Assembly: GCA_002451755.1 (NCBI GenBank)
Contig: DKDF01000113.1
Coordinates: 1-42,354 of the forward strand
Length of the DNA: 42,354 nt
From: Ruminococcaceae bacterium UBA6855
GTDB taxonomy: Bacteria > Bacillota > Clostridia > Oscillospirales > Acutalibacteraceae
Direction: 5' to 3'
Numbering within the stretch: position 1 is the first letter of the stretch; the number at the start of each line of letters is the position of its first letter. A program made the translations under genes and the position numbers. Below are positions 40,281 through 42,354 of the stretch, piece after piece. Below the pieces are notes generated by a model. That model made no database searches. It was given only the letters and a program-made list of their open reading frames with translations, and had not been told where the DNA came from.

Positions 40281-42023
40281 TTACTCCGCTATTGCTCTTA
40301 TTCTGAACGCCTTGACGCCGTGGGGCTCAACAAATGCGCTGAGCGTTGTGTTGATGACGGAAGTCTCCTTTGTCCACAGGTCATATACTTCATATTCCTG
40401 CGCGAGCGGAGTGGTGATATACGAGCGGCAGACGATATCGTCCATGCGGTGCTCGAAATATCTTATGTCGCTGCCCTTGTTGAAGAAGCAGACCGCGACA
40501 TCGCCGTTTTCAAGCGGCTTTATGAGCGTATCGGCTATAATAGTCGTCTTTATTCTCCTGCACTGCTCGCCGAGCGAATCCTGATCGATAGCAATCATAT
40601 CCCTGTCGGTGAGTATTTTCAGTGTCTCATTCTCCGTGTCGGCGGTGCCGTCCTCGCGGATAAATTCACGCACATCGTTGCCGAGAATGAGCGGAGCCGC
40701 CATGAAGCACCAGAGGGTGAAATGGCTGCGGTTCTCTTCGGCAGTCAAGTCGCCGTTACCGACCTCGAGCATATCCGGGTCGTTCCAGTTGCCCTTGCCG
40801 GAATACTTGAAGAGATTGACATTGACTTCGTATATGCCGAGAACCGACTTCCAGTTCGCCTGGATATCGGGCGTTGTGCGCCAAAGGTTGCCTGCCGCCG
40901 CGCCCCAGCGCCACGGGAGATTTCTGCCCCACTCGCAGATGGAATAGACTATCGGGCGCTCCTCTGTGCCGTTTCTGTCGGCATATTCGGCGGTTGCGCG
41001 CATGAGTTCTCTGCCCATCTTCGCATACTGGATAGCCGCGCTGTCCTGTCTCGAAGCAACGGGGTTTTCAAGCTCGATTGTATTCGAACCAGCTTCGAGC
41101 GTTATTTTTACCTGGTGTCTGCCATCGGCAGTGAAGCCCTTGGTCGGCGGGACGGTGGTGGTATACTTATCGTCGCCGTTGACGGTAACTTCGAGATATT
41201 TGAAGCTGTTGCTCTTCTTTCTGATTCCGAGGGTGAGTGAATATTCGCCCGCCTCCGGGACTTCGACTGTGAACACCGCCGAGCCTCTGTGGGCGGAGAG
41301 ACCGGAGATATATCTGCCGGAATCAAGGCGCTCGTCCTCCATTATCTTCGCGTCGCCGAAGAGTGCCGCATCGTCTGCGGGGACGGTAGTCTCGAACGAA
41401 CCGTCGGCATTGGAGACACAGATATATTCAATATATGGCGCACGCATCGGGATAGGCACATTGTGGCAGAAGTCATATTTGAAATATTCGACTCCCCACT
41501 CGGCAAACGTGTCCGCATCTATAGCCTCATTGCCGAGGCTCGCGGGCAGATCCTCGCAGGTAAGCGACCCGTTGGAGGAATATATGCCGAGCTTGAGTCC
41601 GAGTTCGTTTATGCTCCTCACAAGCGCGGGTATGCCGCTCGGGAAGTTTGCAAAATCGCCCTGGAGTCTGCCGTTTTCGTCGCGCATGGAGGACTGCCAG
41701 CAGTCGTCGAGATTGACATACTGATATCCAGCGTCAGCGAGTCCGCTCGCCTTCATGGCTTCAGCCGTTTCGAGAATGAGCTTCTCGTCAATTCTGTTTC
41801 TGAAAGTGTTCCAGCTCGACCAGCCCATCGGCGGGGTCAGAGCCGTACCGTTTGAATATTTTTCATCGGTCGGGAAAGTGAGCTTGACGCTGTTGATCGC
41901 GTTTTTCGCCATATCCTCCGCCTCGTTTTTATCGGGCAGAATGTTCGGCGCAAACTTCTTGACCGCCGCATATGCTCCCGCGGCGACGCCTGCGAGGGCA
42001 GTCAGTTTGAATATCGATCCCAT
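40281..42023 (-). CDS. Alpha-galactosidase (GH27) with inserted CBM35-like module
   Basis: TPPMGWSSWN, NLDDCWQ, nucleophile KYDFC, acid/base WRTTPDI, WNDPDMLEVGN. Beta-sandwich insert and hydrophobic N-terminus. Confidence 0.9.
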   Translation of the reverse strand: MGSIFKLTALAGVAAGAYAAVKKFAPNILPDKNEAEDMAKNAINSVKLTFPTDEKYSNGTALTPPMGWSSWNTFRNRIDEKLILETAEAMKASGLADAGYQYVNLDDCWQSSMRDENGRLQGDFANFPSGIPALVRSINELGLKLGIYSSNGSLTCEDLPASLGNEAIDADTFAEWGVEYFKYDFCHNVPIPMRAPYIEYICVSNADGSFETTVPADDAALFGDAKIMEDERLDSGRYISGLSAHRGSAVFTVEVPEAGEYSLTLGIRKKSNSFKYLEVTVNGDDKYTTTVPPTKGFTADGRHQVKITLEAGSNTIELENPVASRQDSAAIQYAKMGRELMRATAEYADRNGTEERPIVYSICEWGRNLPWRWGAAAGNLWRTTPDIQANWKSVLGIYEVNVNLFKYSGKGNWNDPDMLEVGNGDLTAEENRSHFTLWCFMAAPLILGNDVREFIREDGTADTENETLKILTDRDMIAIDQDSLGEQCRRIKTTIIADTLIKPLENGDVAVCFFNKGSDIRYFEHRMDDIVCRSYITTPLAQEYEVYDLWTKETSVINTTLSAFVEPHGVKAFRIRAIAE

Positions 42024-42070
42024 GAATATCAGTCCTTTCGGTTTAAAAACAAAAATCCACTTCTGCGAGG

Positions 42071-42099
42071 TTGTAAACCCGGCAAAACTGTGGTATTAT
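42071..42099 (+). promoter_or_regulatory. Putative sigma-A promoter facing the terminal structured element
   Basis: TTGTAA, N17, TATTAT with extended -10 TG. Confidence 0.45.
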
Positions 42100-42141
42100 T
42101 TAGTTGAACAAAAGACATTTAAAGATTGTCTTTCAATAGTG

Positions 42142-42346
42142 TTGTACCCGATAGGGACAAATCGGTTTTGAAACAATCCTATCCGTTTCGCCTGCGTTCT
42201 CGAAAGCAGAATTCTTTGTTTCAAAACTGCTGTGCACCCGAAAACGAGCTGATTTTTCGCCAGATGCGCCCGACAAGGCGCAGGATATACGGGCGTATTT
42301 CAAGCCTTGAGGGTGCAAAATGACGGGAAATCAGCCGTTTATCGGG
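42142..42346 (+). other. Multi-hairpin structured intergenic element (candidate ncRNA, 5'UTR or repeat)
   Basis: Hairpins 42142-42160, 42163-42229 (14-bp stem) and a long nested rod 42237-42346. G-U pairs are on the plus strand. Confidence 0.5.
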
Positions 42347-42354
42347 CGGTTTGT

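Noticed and set aside
42070..42099. TTGTAAACC as a BirA operator half-site
   Set aside because: The second half-site is missing, it is far from bioY, and it is better explained as a -35 box. No BirA box was seen upstream of bioY either.

Overview
Chromosomal window from a GC-rich gut Clostridia-like firmicute (Oscillospiraceae/Acutalibacteraceae-like by gene content; this is inference). It holds about 40 CDS and I see no rRNA, tRNA, CRISPR or transposase. In order: (i) a divergent pair of DtxR/MntR-family regulators with three identical-format operator palindromes, next to an ABC ATPase; (ii) a GPH sugar symporter; (iii) an RNHCP-domain gene behind what looks like a leader-peptide translational attenuator; (iv) tmcAL divergent from ackA, a CBM9-like gene and an N-acetylhexosamine-kinase-like gene, then bioY and a GH89 alpha-N-acetylglucosaminidase; (v) a three-gene wzy-ugd-fused wzc locus with no glycosyltransferases; (vi) a tightly coupled M42-M42-GNAT-YnbB-DUF2461-TPR-DUF4037-YbaK operon; (vii) LCP, galactokinase, VTT, patatin and 2-hydroxyacid dehydrogenase genes; (viii) a carbohydrate region with GH16, GH2, a phosphohexomutase, ComEA-like, GPH transporter, endoglycoceramidase-like GH5, TetR, a BNR-repeat protein and GH27. 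The most notable unexplained signals are the RNHCP attenuator, two strand-biased multi-stem intergenic structures (2990-3156 minus, 42142-42346 plus), the DtxR/degenerate-DtxR switch, the DUF4037 nucleotidyltransferase-like module and the putative glycolipid-glycan locus. All product calls come from motif recognition, not database searches.
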